Below, piece after piece: positions 43,778 through 53,477 of a DNA stretch of 64,000 bases; position 1 is the stretch's first letter; every line of letters begins with the position of its first letter. This DNA is from Patescibacteria group bacterium (GTDB taxonomy: Bacteria; Patescibacteriota; Minisyncoccia; Phycocordibacterales; WO2-35-19): NCBI GenBank assembly GCA_038064735.1, contig JBBTSI010000001.1:22012-86011 (forward strand), given 5' to 3'. The translations under genes and the position numbers were made by a program. The notes beneath the pieces were generated by a model. The model was not told where the DNA came from, did not search any database, and worked only from the letters and a program-made list of their open reading frames with translations.

Positions 43778-44857
43778 CTATCCAATCAAGGCCAAAGTAA
43801 TACCAATCACAGCGCACACTAAAGAAATAATCCAATAACGCATAGTGACTTTGTAGGCAGGCCAGCCGATGGCTTCAAAATGATGGTGCAAAGGAGCCAC
43901 AAGAAAGACTTTTTTGCCTCTGAATTTTTTGGAAAGAACTTGAATAAGGTCTGAAAGTACGGTGATAACTAAAGGTAAAGCAATAACAGGTAAAACCAAA
44001 AATCCATATCCTTCACCCAATCTGTCTGTCATGAAAGCAACAACGGTCAAAGTAAGAGTTAGTCCCATGGTGCCGGTCTCGGTCATATAAAATCTGGCTG
44101 GCGGTATGTTAAACCAAAGGAAAGCCAAGATACCCCCAGCTATAGTGGCACAGAAAGCAGCCAAGTTTATTTGTTGTTGATAAAAAGCAATGCCTGCGTA
44201 AGCGGTAAATATAGTAGCAAAGACTCCACCCGAAAGTCCGTCAATACCATCTATGACTCCGCTGGCATATATAAAAAGAGAGGTAAGCAAAAACAGTATT
44301 ACAAATAGTGGTCCTAGATAAAATTCTCCGAGCCCAAAGGGCAAACCTATTCCTGTCACATCCAATTTCATATAAAACCACAAAGCACAAGCTAGGGATA
44401 TGACAAAAACAATAGACAGACGAATCTTGAGTGAAAGTCCGCCGTTTTTGCCGTCGGTTCTCTCAGATCTTTTTATTTCTAAATAATCATCTACAAGCCC
44501 GGCAAAAGCTCCAAGCAGGAGTGTGCCGAGAGGAACCCAAGTTTGGCTTCGAGAAAGGAAATCTAATTTACTTATGAGGTCTCCTGGGAAAATTTTTGCC
44601 AAAATCCAAATACCGATGATGATGACAGCCGAACTAAACCAAATAATGATACCGCCCATTCTTGGCGTGTTCACTTCTTTCTCTCTGTGGAGCCCGTTGA
44701 AAACTTCGGCGGTGGAGCCATCAAGAGCTATTTTGCCGCTTTTCTTTTTCCACATTTTGTGGGAGTAAAGATAGTTGGTGAGTATTGGCGTCACCAAAAT
44801 CCCTAGGATAAACGCTCCCACTGCTGGCAAAAAAACTTTTACGATATCTAATATCAT
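43778..44857 (-). CDS. mraY: Phospho-N-acetylmuramoyl-pentapeptide transferase MraY
   Basis: GTLLLGAFAGLVDDYLEIK and LVAPLHHHFE motifs, 10 TM, 359 aa. Confidence 0.9.
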   Translation of the reverse strand: MILDIVKVFLPAVGAFILGILVTPILTNYLYSHKMWKKKSGKIALDGSTAEVFNGLHREKEVNTPRMGGIIIWFSSAVIIIGIWILAKIFPGDLISKLDFLSRSQTWVPLGTLLLGAFAGLVDDYLEIKRSERTDGKNGGLSLKIRLSIVFVISLACALWFYMKLDVTGIGLPFGLGEFYLGPLFVILFLLTSLFIYASGVIDGIDGLSGGVFATIFTAYAGIAFYQQQINLAAFCATIAGGILAFLWFNIPPARFYMTETGTMGLTLTLTVVAFMTDRLGEGYGFLVLPVIALPLVITVLSDLIQVLSKKFRGKKVFLVAPLHHHFEAIGWPAYKVTMRYWIISLVCAVIGITLALIG

Positions 44858-44874
44858 GATTATAATAATAACAT

Positions 44875-45834
44875 TTATTGGCTCACATATTTCAAACTGG
44901 CATCTACAAGCTTTTGAACGTCGGTGAACCGGCCAGCTTCAGTAGAGCCGAGTACGGATATGATTATAGGCCTGCCGAGACCGGCGTCAAAGGCGATGAT
45001 CAGGTTGCCTCCAGCGAGGAGAGTGTATCCAGTTTTGGAAGCGATGAGGTTTGGAATTTTATCTACTAAAATATTCGTATTTTCGGCGGAATAGGTTTTT
45101 TGGCCACTTGCAAATTGTAAGTTTTTATAACGAGTGGCTTCCAAAATTTCTGGATAATTTTTCAAAGTGTATTCAAAAAGGGTGGCCATGTCTTTGGCTG
45201 AGCCATAAGCGCCACCTTTATTTATGTCTATATCCAGACCATGTTCGTTGAAAAATTTACTATTCGTTAGGCCTATCTTTGAAGCGGTCTCGTTCATTTT
45301 TTTTATGAAGTCGGCCTGGACATCGGTGCTGCTACTTACTTTGATCGGCGGATTGATTTTGGTTCCGATGACTGATGCTAAAGCAAAAGCACCATCATTT
45401 GAAGAGGTAATCAAAGTGAAATCTCGCAAGTCACGAGCCTTCCAGGTATCTCCGACCACTAGCCCCGAATCCCCTTCTGGTGATAGGTCAGCCTGAGTTA
45501 TTTTTATTTGTTCACTATTATTAAATTTCCCATCCGTAGTGACTGCTGTCATGACTTTGGTGAGGGACGCGAGAGGCAATGGCTCATTGGGATTTTTGGA
45601 AAATAATTCCTTTTCATTCACAACATCCCAAACTATGGCACCTTTGGCTTCCAAATCTACTTTAGCAAAAATGTTTGGGACTTCGACAGGAACAGGTTTT
45701 TTATTTAAAACCCTCATACCTATTATTAAAAGACTAAAAATTATGACTGAAATAAAAAAAAGACAAGCCAAAAAATGCGGAAAATATTTTGTCCTCGTCT
45801 CTATATCAAACCATTTTTTTAATTTATCATTCAT
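44875..45834 (-). CDS. Serine-type D-Ala-D-Ala carboxypeptidase (S11 / PBP5-like)
   Basis: SxxK (ASLTKVMTA), SxN (SSNDGAFALA), KTG (SKTGYT). N-terminal signal anchor. Confidence 0.75.
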   Translation of the reverse strand: MNDKLKKWFDIETRTKYFPHFLACLFFISVIIFSLLIIGMRVLNKKPVPVEVPNIFAKVDLEAKGAIVWDVVNEKELFSKNPNEPLPLASLTKVMTAVTTDGKFNNSEQIKITQADLSPEGDSGLVVGDTWKARDLRDFTLITSSNDGAFALASVIGTKINPPIKVSSSTDVQADFIKKMNETASKIGLTNSKFFNEHGLDIDINKGGAYGSAKDMATLFEYTLKNYPEILEATRYKNLQFASGQKTYSAENTNILVDKIPNLIASKTGYTLLAGGNLIIAFDAGLGRPIIISVLGSTEAGRFTDVQKLVDASLKYVSQ

Positions 45835-46375
45835 TATTTTCTTTTTCTTCCATTATGTTTTTTGAGTTATCAATTTGTTCTTTGAAATTTTGAAATTCTG
45901 GTAAGTCTTCAATTTTCCTCAAGCCCAAATGAGTCAACAGAGATAAACTACCTTTATATTTCAAAACCCTCTGATCTTTGGTATCAGTCTCTTTTTCAAC
46001 AAGTCCACGTATACAAAGATTTCGGAGTATGAAGGTAGAATTAACCCCCCTCACATAATCGATTTCTCTACGGGACACAGGCCCATTATAGAGTATTATA
46101 GACAAGGTTTCTAGGCCTGCTTTGCCTATTTCTCGGCTCATTTCATCTTTGGCGATTTGCTCAATAAAATCTTTCATATCGGGCGCGGTGGCGAGGCTGA
46201 CTTCATCCTTTGTTTCTACCAAACAAACGCCTCTATTTTCAAGTAATACAGCCAAATTTTTTAAAGCTTCTCTTGTCTCACTTTCACTTATATTCAAAAT
46301 TTTTGAGATTTTTTTAATCTCTAACGGTTCGTTTTTGTAAAACAGCAGAGCTTCTATTTTGTTTTCTAGATTCAT
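45827..46375 (-). CDS. scpB: Segregation and condensation protein B
   Basis: ALLFYKNEPLEIKKISKILNISESETREALKNLAVLLENRGVCLVE: ScpB winged-helix pattern. Adjacent to scpA. Confidence 0.8.
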   Translation of the reverse strand: MNLENKIEALLFYKNEPLEIKKISKILNISESETREALKNLAVLLENRGVCLVETKDEVSLATAPDMKDFIEQIAKDEMSREIGKAGLETLSIILYNGPVSRREIDYVRGVNSTFILRNLCIRGLVEKETDTKDQRVLKYKGSLSLLTHLGLRKIEDLPEFQNFKEQIDNSKNIMEEKENNE

Positions 46376-46424
46376 TTTTGTTTTTTTATTTCCCCCTTAA
46401 TGTAAGGGGGATTAAGGGGGTTAT

Positions 46425-47168
46425 TTAATAATAAATTGGCACTCCCGCATTCTCTCCTTCAATCTGTATATCTTCAAAGTGTTGGTTTTGGCTGACACGT
46501 ACAGACCCTTGTTTGACCAATTCTAACATAGCGAGGAAGCTCACTATCACATTCACTTTTTCTACTTTGCCCATACCAGAAAAATCGCGGAAGCTGGTCC
46601 GAAGGCTTGTCTGGATTCTTGCTGTCAGTTTATCTACCATATCTTCTAAACTTATTATTTTATCAATGGTGATTTTTGGCAAAGGCTCTGTTCTTTTAGG
46701 TACCTTTTTTAGGGCTTCTTCGAGAGCGGTTTTGAGAGATGTGAGAGTGATATCCGGAGTCGGTGAAAAAACCACATGCATCTCTTTACTCTCGTTTGCA
46801 AAATAAAGAAAATTACCAAACATCTTTTGAATATTGGTGGCGAGCTCTTTGTATTTTTTGTAACTGGCTAGTCGGTTCTCCAAATCTTCAATACTCCCCT
46901 GCTCTTCTGGAGTCAAATCTAAATTTGGCAAAAGTGATTTTGATTTGATGAGAAGTAGTGTTGACGCCACCAAAATAAAATCAGCCGAATCGGACATCGG
47001 GAATTCTTCAAAAGATTTTATGTATTCAATGAATTCATCTGCTACTTGAGAAAGCGAGACGTCGCTTATGTGGAGTTTCCTTTTTTCGATCAAGTCCAAA
47101 ATAAGCTCTAACGGCCCCTCCACCTCCCCTATTTTGACCTTAAAATTATCCTTCAAAACCTCTTCCAT
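46425..47168 (-). CDS. scpA: Segregation and condensation protein A
   Basis: FKVKIGEVEGPLELILDLIEKRKLHISDVSLSQVADEFIEYI is the canonical ScpA N-terminus. Confidence 0.8.
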   Translation of the reverse strand: MEEVLKDNFKVKIGEVEGPLELILDLIEKRKLHISDVSLSQVADEFIEYIKSFEEFPMSDSADFILVASTLLLIKSKSLLPNLDLTPEEQGSIEDLENRLASYKKYKELATNIQKMFGNFLYFANESKEMHVVFSPTPDITLTSLKTALEEALKKVPKRTEPLPKITIDKIISLEDMVDKLTARIQTSLRTSFRDFSGMGKVEKVNVIVSFLAMLELVKQGSVRVSQNQHFEDIQIEGENAGVPIYY

Positions 47169-47201
47169 TCCTTATATTCTAACAGATTTTTGGTTTTTTT
47201 C

Positions 47202-48554
47202 TTAGTATCCTTCTTCGCTCAGTTTTTCGTCTATGCGGTTCATGTCGCGTGGGAAAATGCAGGCTTCACGGATATTTTTTAGCCCCAACAGTTGCATTGT
47301 TATACGTTCTGCTCCAAAGGCAAAACCACCTTCTGGTGGTACTCCGTATTTGAAAGCTTCAAGAAACATTTTTATTTTCTTTGGGTCCATTTTCCAAATT
47401 TCCACATGTTCTTTAAGTTGATTGTAATCATTTATCCTTCTTCCACCTGAAAGCCATTCAACCCCTCGGCAAATAAGGTCCATACCCTCGTTGAATTCCG
47501 GTTCTTCTGGATTTGGATAAACATAGAATGGTTTCTTGCGAGTCGGGTATCCGTATATAAAGACGAAATCTGAACCCGTTTCTTTTTTTATTATTTCACA
47601 GATATCTTTTTCATCTTGAGGATTGGTATCTTTTTCACCTCTGACATCACGACCAAAAGTTTCAAAAATCTTTTGTTGAACTTCTCTCAAAGAAAGGGTT
47701 GGAGTTTTTTCAATCATTACTGGAAGTTTGGTTTCAAATAGTTTTAGATGTTCGGCGTTTTTGGTTTCTATTTGTTTTAAAATAAATCTAACGGTTTCTT
47801 CTGCCATATCGCGGACATCTTTCCATGAATCAATGAATGACATTTCAGCATCCAAAGAAACTACTTCAGTCAAATGTCTAGTAGTGGATGATGGTTCAGC
47901 TCGGAAAATCTTGTTTACAGAAAAACATCTTTCAAAAGCTGACATTACTATTTGCTTATAAAGTTGAGGTGATTGGCTTAAGAATGCTTTTTTATCAAAA
48001 TAATTTACTTGAAAAACTTCAGCTCCACCTTCTGCAACTGCTGGTGTTATTGAGGGTGCTTGGAATTCAAAAAACATATTCTTTTTCATGAATTCTCGAA
48101 ATGAATCGATAACGGTTTCTTCTATCTTGAAAATCGCTTGTATTTTTGGATGTCTTAGCACCAATGCTCTGTTGTCGAGTTCGGTAGTTAATTCTACTTT
48201 GTAACCATCAAGAGACATATCAAAAGGTAAAACTTCAGCTTTTGCTAAAACCTCAATTTTTTTTATTTCGATTTCAATGTCGCCGTTTAAAACTTCAGGG
48301 TTCACATTTTTTTCTGGTCTTTTATTTACTATACCTGTTACTGTTAAAACCCACTCGACTCTAAATTCTTTTGCGGTTTCAATAGCTTCGCTTTTGGGCA
48401 AGACGACACACTGGACGAGTCCGGTCATATCACGGATATCAACGAAAACCATTTTGCCCTGGTCGCGTCTGATATTGACCCAACCTTTGATGATTACTTC
48501 CTCCCCTATTTTATCCTTCAAATCTTTTATATATGTTCTTTGCATATTTCCCAT
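47202..48554 (-). CDS. Class IIb aspartyl/asparaginyl-tRNA synthetase (short, archaeal/AsnRS-type)
   Basis: N-terminal OB-fold (VRGWVNIRRDQGKMVFVDIRD), motif 2 FRAEPSSTTRHLTEVVSLDAEMSF, motif 3 GGFAFGAERI. 450 aa, so not a long bacterial AspRS. Asp vs Asn specificity cannot be settled from sequence reading. Confidence 0.75.
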   Translation of the reverse strand: MGNMQRTYIKDLKDKIGEEVIIKGWVNIRRDQGKMVFVDIRDMTGLVQCVVLPKSEAIETAKEFRVEWVLTVTGIVNKRPEKNVNPEVLNGDIEIEIKKIEVLAKAEVLPFDMSLDGYKVELTTELDNRALVLRHPKIQAIFKIEETVIDSFREFMKKNMFFEFQAPSITPAVAEGGAEVFQVNYFDKKAFLSQSPQLYKQIVMSAFERCFSVNKIFRAEPSSTTRHLTEVVSLDAEMSFIDSWKDVRDMAEETVRFILKQIETKNAEHLKLFETKLPVMIEKTPTLSLREVQQKIFETFGRDVRGEKDTNPQDEKDICEIIKKETGSDFVFIYGYPTRKKPFYVYPNPEEPEFNEGMDLICRGVEWLSGGRRINDYNQLKEHVEIWKMDPKKIKMFLEAFKYGVPPEGGFAFGAERITMQLLGLKNIREACIFPRDMNRIDEKLSEEGY

Positions 48555-48585
48555 ATTATCAAAATTCTGTTAAAATATCCATATT

Positions 48586-49593
48586 ATGAAAGATGGTACA
48601 AATATTGTATTAACTGGGGACAGACCAACAGGAAAGCTTCATTTGGGTCATTTTGTGGGTTCTTTACAAAACAGACTTAAACTTCAAAATGAATATGAAA
48701 ACTGTTTTTATATGGTCGCAGATATACAAGCTCTTACAGACAATGCTGACAATCCGGAAAAAGTTAGAAATAATGTTAAGGAAGTTGTTTTGGATAACTT
48801 GGCTGTTGGTTTATCGCCGGAAAAAACTACTTTTTTTATTCAATCTCAAATTCCAGAAATTGCAGAATTGACTGTTTTATTCCTTAATCTTGTGACCCTG
48901 GCAAGACTCCGAAGAAATCCTACCGTCAAAGATGAAATGAAACAAAAAGGTTTTGGCGAAAATGTGCCAGCTGGTTTTTTGGTTTATCCTGTCAGCCAAG
49001 CCGCGGACATTCTTTTTTGTGGTAGTAATATAATTCCAGTTGGTGAAGATCAATTGCCGGTTATTGAACAAGCTAATGAAATTGTAGACAAATTCAATTC
49101 TGTTTATGGAGAAACTTTCAAAAAGATTAAACCCATTCTTTCCGATACACCTAGATTAGTTGGGATTGATGGAGGTTCTAAAGCTGGCAAATCATTAGGA
49201 AATGCTATTTATCTATCCGATAACTATGAAGAGATAAAGAAAAAAGTAATGATGATGTATACTGATCCGAATCATATCAGCGCGAATGATCCTGGAAAAG
49301 TTGAGGGCAATGTTGTTTTCGCCTATCTTGATGCTTTTGATTCTGATAAAGATGAAGTTAAAAAATTAAAAGAAAGATATGAGAAAGGTGGTTTGGGTGA
49401 TGTTGAAATTAAAAAATATCTTACTGAAGTTTTGGAGAATCTTATAAAACCAATTAGAGAAAAAAGAGAAGAATTTGCTAAAAACTCAGCATATATTGAA
49501 GAAGTTCTTAAAAAAGGTACAGAAAAAGCAAGAGTGGCTGCAAGAGAAACAATGGAAAAAGTCAGAAAAGCAGTCAAAATTGATTATTTTTGA
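48586..49593 (+). CDS. trpS: Tryptophanyl-tRNA synthetase
   Basis: IVLTGDRPTGKLHLGHFVG (HIGH-like TGKLHLGH), GEDQ, KAGKSLGN (KMSKS variant), 335 aa, typical TrpRS size. Confidence 0.75.
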   Translation: MKDGTNIVLTGDRPTGKLHLGHFVGSLQNRLKLQNEYENCFYMVADIQALTDNADNPEKVRNNVKEVVLDNLAVGLSPEKTTFFIQSQIPEIAELTVLFLNLVTLARLRRNPTVKDEMKQKGFGENVPAGFLVYPVSQAADILFCGSNIIPVGEDQLPVIEQANEIVDKFNSVYGETFKKIKPILSDTPRLVGIDGGSKAGKSLGNAIYLSDNYEEIKKKVMMMYTDPNHISANDPGKVEGNVVFAYLDAFDSDKDEVKKLKERYEKGGLGDVEIKKYLTEVLENLIKPIREKREEFAKNSAYIEEVLKKGTEKARVAARETMEKVRKAVKIDYF

Positions 49594-49681
49594 ATCTTCA
49601 TGACACACTCCTAAAATTGATGCAATTCCCAAAATAATAAGTTATACTCAGAAGCGGATTTCGGTACATTGAAATCTGTTG

Positions 49682-49726
49682 TATAATGTTACATTATGAC
49701 TAACCTTATCGACTAAGGAGAAATTT
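49682..49726 (+). promoter_or_regulatory. -10 box (tataat) and Shine-Dalgarno (aaggag, 7 nt before ATG) for the 49727 gene
   Basis: ttgtataatgtt...ctaaggagaaatttATG. No well-spaced -35 was found. Confidence 0.3.
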
Positions 49727-50248
49727 ATGAAGAAACGCCTGTTTATTTACCTGCCGATTTTGCTTTTAGCAAGCGTTGTTTTTTTGGGTTGCAGTCTATT
49801 TTCCAATAAAGGAAACAACACTGGCGGTACCGGAAATAACCCGAACAATCCTACCAAACCAAACACTTATGATGGCTTTGGTTATGATGACAATGCTAAT
49901 AAAGTTTGGGATGATCTTGACAGATATATTGCAAATCGATATCCCAACGATATAAATAAGCAATCCGCGTTGAATCAAATGGCCAAAGCTTTACAAACGG
50001 CTGTGAAGGCCGGAAACTCCGGAGACGATAGCGCTGCTCAAAGTGCTAGAGCCGCTCTCAGTAAAGCCAATTATTGTCTGCTTGAAAAAATGGGTAATGC
50101 TGAGGCTATGAATAGAGAAGGTTCACTTTTGGATGTGGAAATGCTCAAAGGTGACTCTAATCGTGGCAAAGCTTACCAAGAGTTCAATGCTCTGCTAAGT
50201 GGCGGATTTTACGGTTCGGACCAGAGAGAAAACCCTTGCGAACAATAA
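49727..50248 (+). CDS. Probable lipoprotein, hypothetical
   Basis: Signal peptide ending FLGC-S (lipobox-like), then a G/N/P-rich linker and a small alpha-helical domain. Confidence 0.4.
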   Translation: MKKRLFIYLPILLLASVVFLGCSLFSNKGNNTGGTGNNPNNPTKPNTYDGFGYDDNANKVWDDLDRYIANRYPNDINKQSALNQMAKALQTAVKAGNSGDDSAAQSARAALSKANYCLLEKMGNAEAMNREGSLLDVEMLKGDSNRGKAYQEFNALLSGGFYGSDQRENPCEQ

Positions 50249-50269
50249 AAATAGAAAGGCGGTGCGACA

Positions 50270-51535
50270 GTGAAAGTTAAACTTCTTTGTAGCGTTATCG
50301 CGTTTGTTTTGTTAATTATTTGTTCCAGCAATGGGCAGTCAGCGGATTATTGCTCTGATGCCAAAACTACCGCTATCTACTTCGTTAATGGAGTGTGGAA
50401 TGAGGAAGCGGCAGCAGATAGAAGTAGAATTGCGATTGAAGAAGCATACAGACAAGCACTCGAAAGCGCTTACCCAAATCAAACTTTTGAGTTCAAACTA
50501 GCTTACAACTACCATGTAGACGAGGTGCGGGATGTTATCGAAGTTATTGGGCAAAAGATGGCTGAGATGAATAACTCTCAGGTTTCGCAAACTTCGGCCG
50601 AAGTTTATTTTGCAATGTATATGAATTTGCAAAACTTCGACAGCCTAATACCAATCGCGGCTCAACCAATAACTATCACCATTGAGGAATATTTAGCCTC
50701 AAGGATCACTGCCGAAGTTAACTCCTCGGCAATCATACAAAAATTTGAGAGTGACCTCTTGGAAGGCAAACCAGTCTTGATATTTGCTCATAGTCAGGGC
50801 AATATGTTTGCCACTGATGCGATGATGGCTCTTTCAGGTGAATTTCCTCAAAGTATCGGATTGATCGGAGTGGCAATGACTGCGAAATCACTGTATGGTG
50901 ATAGTACTTATTACACCGCTCATGACGATCGGATAATTGATGGACTTAGGCTTTTGTTTCCTGTGCTCGCTTCCAATGTTGATAATGATCCGGGACTTTT
51001 TGGCGATAACAGAGATTTTTCCAATCACCAGTTCATGGAATCTTATTTTTCAAGTGAACTGGTAAGCAGAGATTTGATTGATCAAGATTTTGCCATTAAG
51101 ATTTCAAATCTGGTTTTCCCTTACACCTATCTTGGCAGTGGAGCCATCACGGTCTCGCTCACATGGGGGTCTGAACCAGATGTTGATTTGCATATCCTTG
51201 AACCTGATGGTAATCATGTGTATTACCAAAATATGCTTGGTTCCTTTGGGTATCTGGATTTAGACGATGTAGATAGCTATGGTCCCGAGCATTATTACGT
51301 CCCCTGTGGAGGCACTGGAGTGGGGAGGTATAAAGTAGGGGTCAACTATTATTATGGATACAATCCGGAAACAGCTCAGATACAAATCAGTACATCTGAT
51401 GGCAAAACCAGAACTTTCACTCAAGATCTGGCTACAAGTAATGGCACCCTTGGAAATAGTAGCCCAATCACGGTGGCTATTATTGATGTTACCGTAGATT
51501 CAAACGGAAATCGTGTCTATGATGTCCATCAGTGA
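50270..51535 (+). CDS. Secreted alpha/beta-hydrolase-like protein (AHSQG nucleophile elbow) with a C-terminal DLH...GPE beta-rich domain
   Basis: GTG start, signal peptide, LIFAHSQGNMF (GxSxG-type lipase/esterase elbow), C-terminal LTWGSEPDVDLHILEPDGNHVYY...DSYGPEHYYV. Confidence 0.4.
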   Translation: MKVKLLCSVIAFVLLIICSSNGQSADYCSDAKTTAIYFVNGVWNEEAAADRSRIAIEEAYRQALESAYPNQTFEFKLAYNYHVDEVRDVIEVIGQKMAEMNNSQVSQTSAEVYFAMYMNLQNFDSLIPIAAQPITITIEEYLASRITAEVNSSAIIQKFESDLLEGKPVLIFAHSQGNMFATDAMMALSGEFPQSIGLIGVAMTAKSLYGDSTYYTAHDDRIIDGLRLLFPVLASNVDNDPGLFGDNRDFSNHQFMESYFSSELVSRDLIDQDFAIKISNLVFPYTYLGSGAITVSLTWGSEPDVDLHILEPDGNHVYYQNMLGSFGYLDLDDVDSYGPEHYYVPCGGTGVGRYKVGVNYYYGYNPETAQIQISTSDGKTRTFTQDLATSNGTLGNSSPITVAIIDVTVDSNGNRVYDVHQ

Positions 51536-51560
51536 TTTACTGAATAAAGGTAAAAAATCC

Positions 51561-51606
51561 AAAGGCCCAAAACAAACTATAGAAGTTTGTTTTGGGCCTT
51601 TTTTAT
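51561..51606. terminator. Bidirectional rho-independent terminator between convergent genes
   Basis: aaaggcccaaaacaaac-tatagaa-gtttgttttgggccttt: a 17-bp stem flanked by an A-run 5' and a T-run 3'. Confidence 0.7.
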
Positions 51607-51611
51607 TTATT

Positions 51612-52532
51612 TTATTTCTGCCACAAAGCGAAAATGGACATGGGTAATAATTTTTCTGAACCCTCAGTTTTTATAGCGAGTTCTCCGGGTTCGATATTTC
51701 CATTTAAATCTTTGGTTATTTCGGAAAGTAGGTTGGCGACGGAGATTGAAGAAAGTTCGGTGGAGTACATATTGAAAATGATAAACAAAGGTTGGTCGCT
51801 CAAAATTTCTTTAACAGATTTTAAAAGTTCCGGCAGTTGCTCTTCTATTTTCCAAACTTCACCCTTGGGGCCTTTGCCGTAGCTTGGCGGGTCCATTATT
51901 ATTGCATCATATTTTCTTCCTTCGCCCGCCGAAGCTTTAGCGAAGGAGGGTCTGCTTTTTTCTTTTTTTATAAATTTAACCACATCGTCAACTATCCATC
52001 TGATCGGCGCGTCTTCTAATCCCGAAAGTTTTTGATTTTCTCTAGCCCAATCTACTGATTGTTTGGAGGCATCTACGTGAGTGACTTTCGCCTCCCACTT
52101 CGCTGAAGCTTCGCGGGACAAGCCTGCTTTCGCAGCCACCAAACTTGCAATGCCCGTGTAGCCAAATAAATTTAAAACATTAATTTCCCTATTTGGAATT
52201 TGGAATTTGATATTTGAAATTTTCTTCGCTATCCATTTCCATTGCTCTACTTGTTCTGGGAAAAACCCAATATGTTTAGAAGTTTTTTTGTATTTTATTT
52301 TGGCTTTGATGCCGTCAATTCCAATATCAATAACTGTCTCAAACAATTCGCTATTTTTGGCGAATGATTCTGAAGTTTTCCACTCCTCTTTTGAAAGTTC
52401 TGGTTTCCACCAAGCACGAGGTTCGTTCCTTACGATTTTAACACCCCCAATTTCTTCAAGTTTTTTGCCGTCTCCTGAATCCAATAGTTTGTAATCCCCT
52501 ATTTCCCCTGCCCAAATTTTGATGTTTTCCAT
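51612..52532 (-). CDS. Class I SAM-dependent RNA methyltransferase (RlmI/RlmK-like, DPPS motif)
   Basis: FGYTGIASLVAAKAG (SAM-binding glycine loop), KYDAIIMDPPSYGKGPKG (the DPP[SF] motif of rRNA m5C/m2G MTases). Confidence 0.6.
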   Translation of the reverse strand: MENIKIWAGEIGDYKLLDSGDGKKLEEIGGVKIVRNEPRAWWKPELSKEEWKTSESFAKNSELFETVIDIGIDGIKAKIKYKKTSKHIGFFPEQVEQWKWIAKKISNIKFQIPNREINVLNLFGYTGIASLVAAKAGLSREASAKWEAKVTHVDASKQSVDWARENQKLSGLEDAPIRWIVDDVVKFIKKEKSRPSFAKASAGEGRKYDAIIMDPPSYGKGPKGEVWKIEEQLPELLKSVKEILSDQPLFIIFNMYSTELSSISVANLLSEITKDLNGNIEPGELAIKTEGSEKLLPMSIFALWQK

Positions 52533-52547
52533 GTGATTAAAGATAGC

Positions 52548-52590
52548 AAAAATCCCACCATCTGTCTCCAGTTGGTGGGATTTTGATTTT
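52548..52590 (-). terminator. Terminator hairpin downstream of the GNAT gene
   Basis: aaaaatcccacca-tctgtctccagt-tggtgggatttt: the reverse complement has a T-run after the stem. Confidence 0.5.
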
Positions 52591-52614
52591 CACACATGAT
52601 CTGTTTTATCTACT

Positions 52615-53193
52615 TTAGGTTTTTTGATGTTTTTCCCAAAATGGTAACCATTCTTCTTTGAAGAGACCAAGATCGATTTCATCCCAATACTCTCCGTTTT
52701 TAAAAAACTGTTTTCTTTTGCGACCTTCAATTATATAGCCACAATGCAGACTATATCTCAGACTGCGTTCGTTGTAAGCAATAACACTCGAACAAACTTT
52801 CTGGAGATTGAGTGTATTGAAGGCATAGTTAAGAACCTGCATTTTTGCATCAGTTCCATAACCTTGACCCCAGTACTCTTTCTCTCCAATAATGGCTCCG
52901 GTTGTGGTAGTGCGATATACATAATTGATTTTATGCATACCCATGCTACCAATGAGAATACCGTCTTTGGTTTCGATGGCTAAAACAATATTGTTAGCAT
53001 CAGAACCAAGTTTGTTTACCCACTCTTCTTCTTGTTTTTCGGTTTGAGGAAAAGTTGCACTAATGAACTCTCTTACTTCCGGATCATTGATCCAGCGAGT
53101 TATGGTTGGAACGTCCTCTTTAGAAAAAGGACGCAGGTTTACTTTCTTACCTTCAAGGAAAATTACTCTTTTTACTTGATTGTTTTCTGACAT
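52615..53193 (-). CDS. GNAT family N-acetyltransferase (RimJ/RimL-like)
   Basis: Start taken at MSENNQVKRV. Acetyl-CoA-binding region WGQGYGTDA... within a GNAT fold. About 192 aa. Confidence 0.65.
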   Translation of the reverse strand: MSENNQVKRVIFLEGKKVNLRPFSKEDVPTITRWINDPEVREFISATFPQTEKQEEEWVNKLGSDANNIVLAIETKDGILIGSMGMHKINYVYRTTTTGAIIGEKEYWGQGYGTDAKMQVLNYAFNTLNLQKVCSSVIAYNERSLRYSLHCGYIIEGRKRKQFFKNGEYWDEIDLGLFKEEWLPFWEKHQKT

Positions 53194-53477
53194 GGTAACC
53201 TCTTTTTGTGTGAAATTGTGAAAGAACAAAGAACTAAAACACCGCTTTAGCGCGGTGTTGTAAGTTTTCAAATTTTGATTTTAGTTAAATACTTAAAACA
53301 CAGCGCAAGGCTCCTGATTTATCAGAAGTAGGCAAAATATTAGCAACGTTAAAAGCGCCCCAATATTCCCTATTCATTTTTTGCACATGTTTTATCATGA
53401 TGTATATATAATACACTATATTAAATATCTGTCAAACTGACAATGGGCGCCCTTGTAAATTTTAAAATGTGGTGTAA

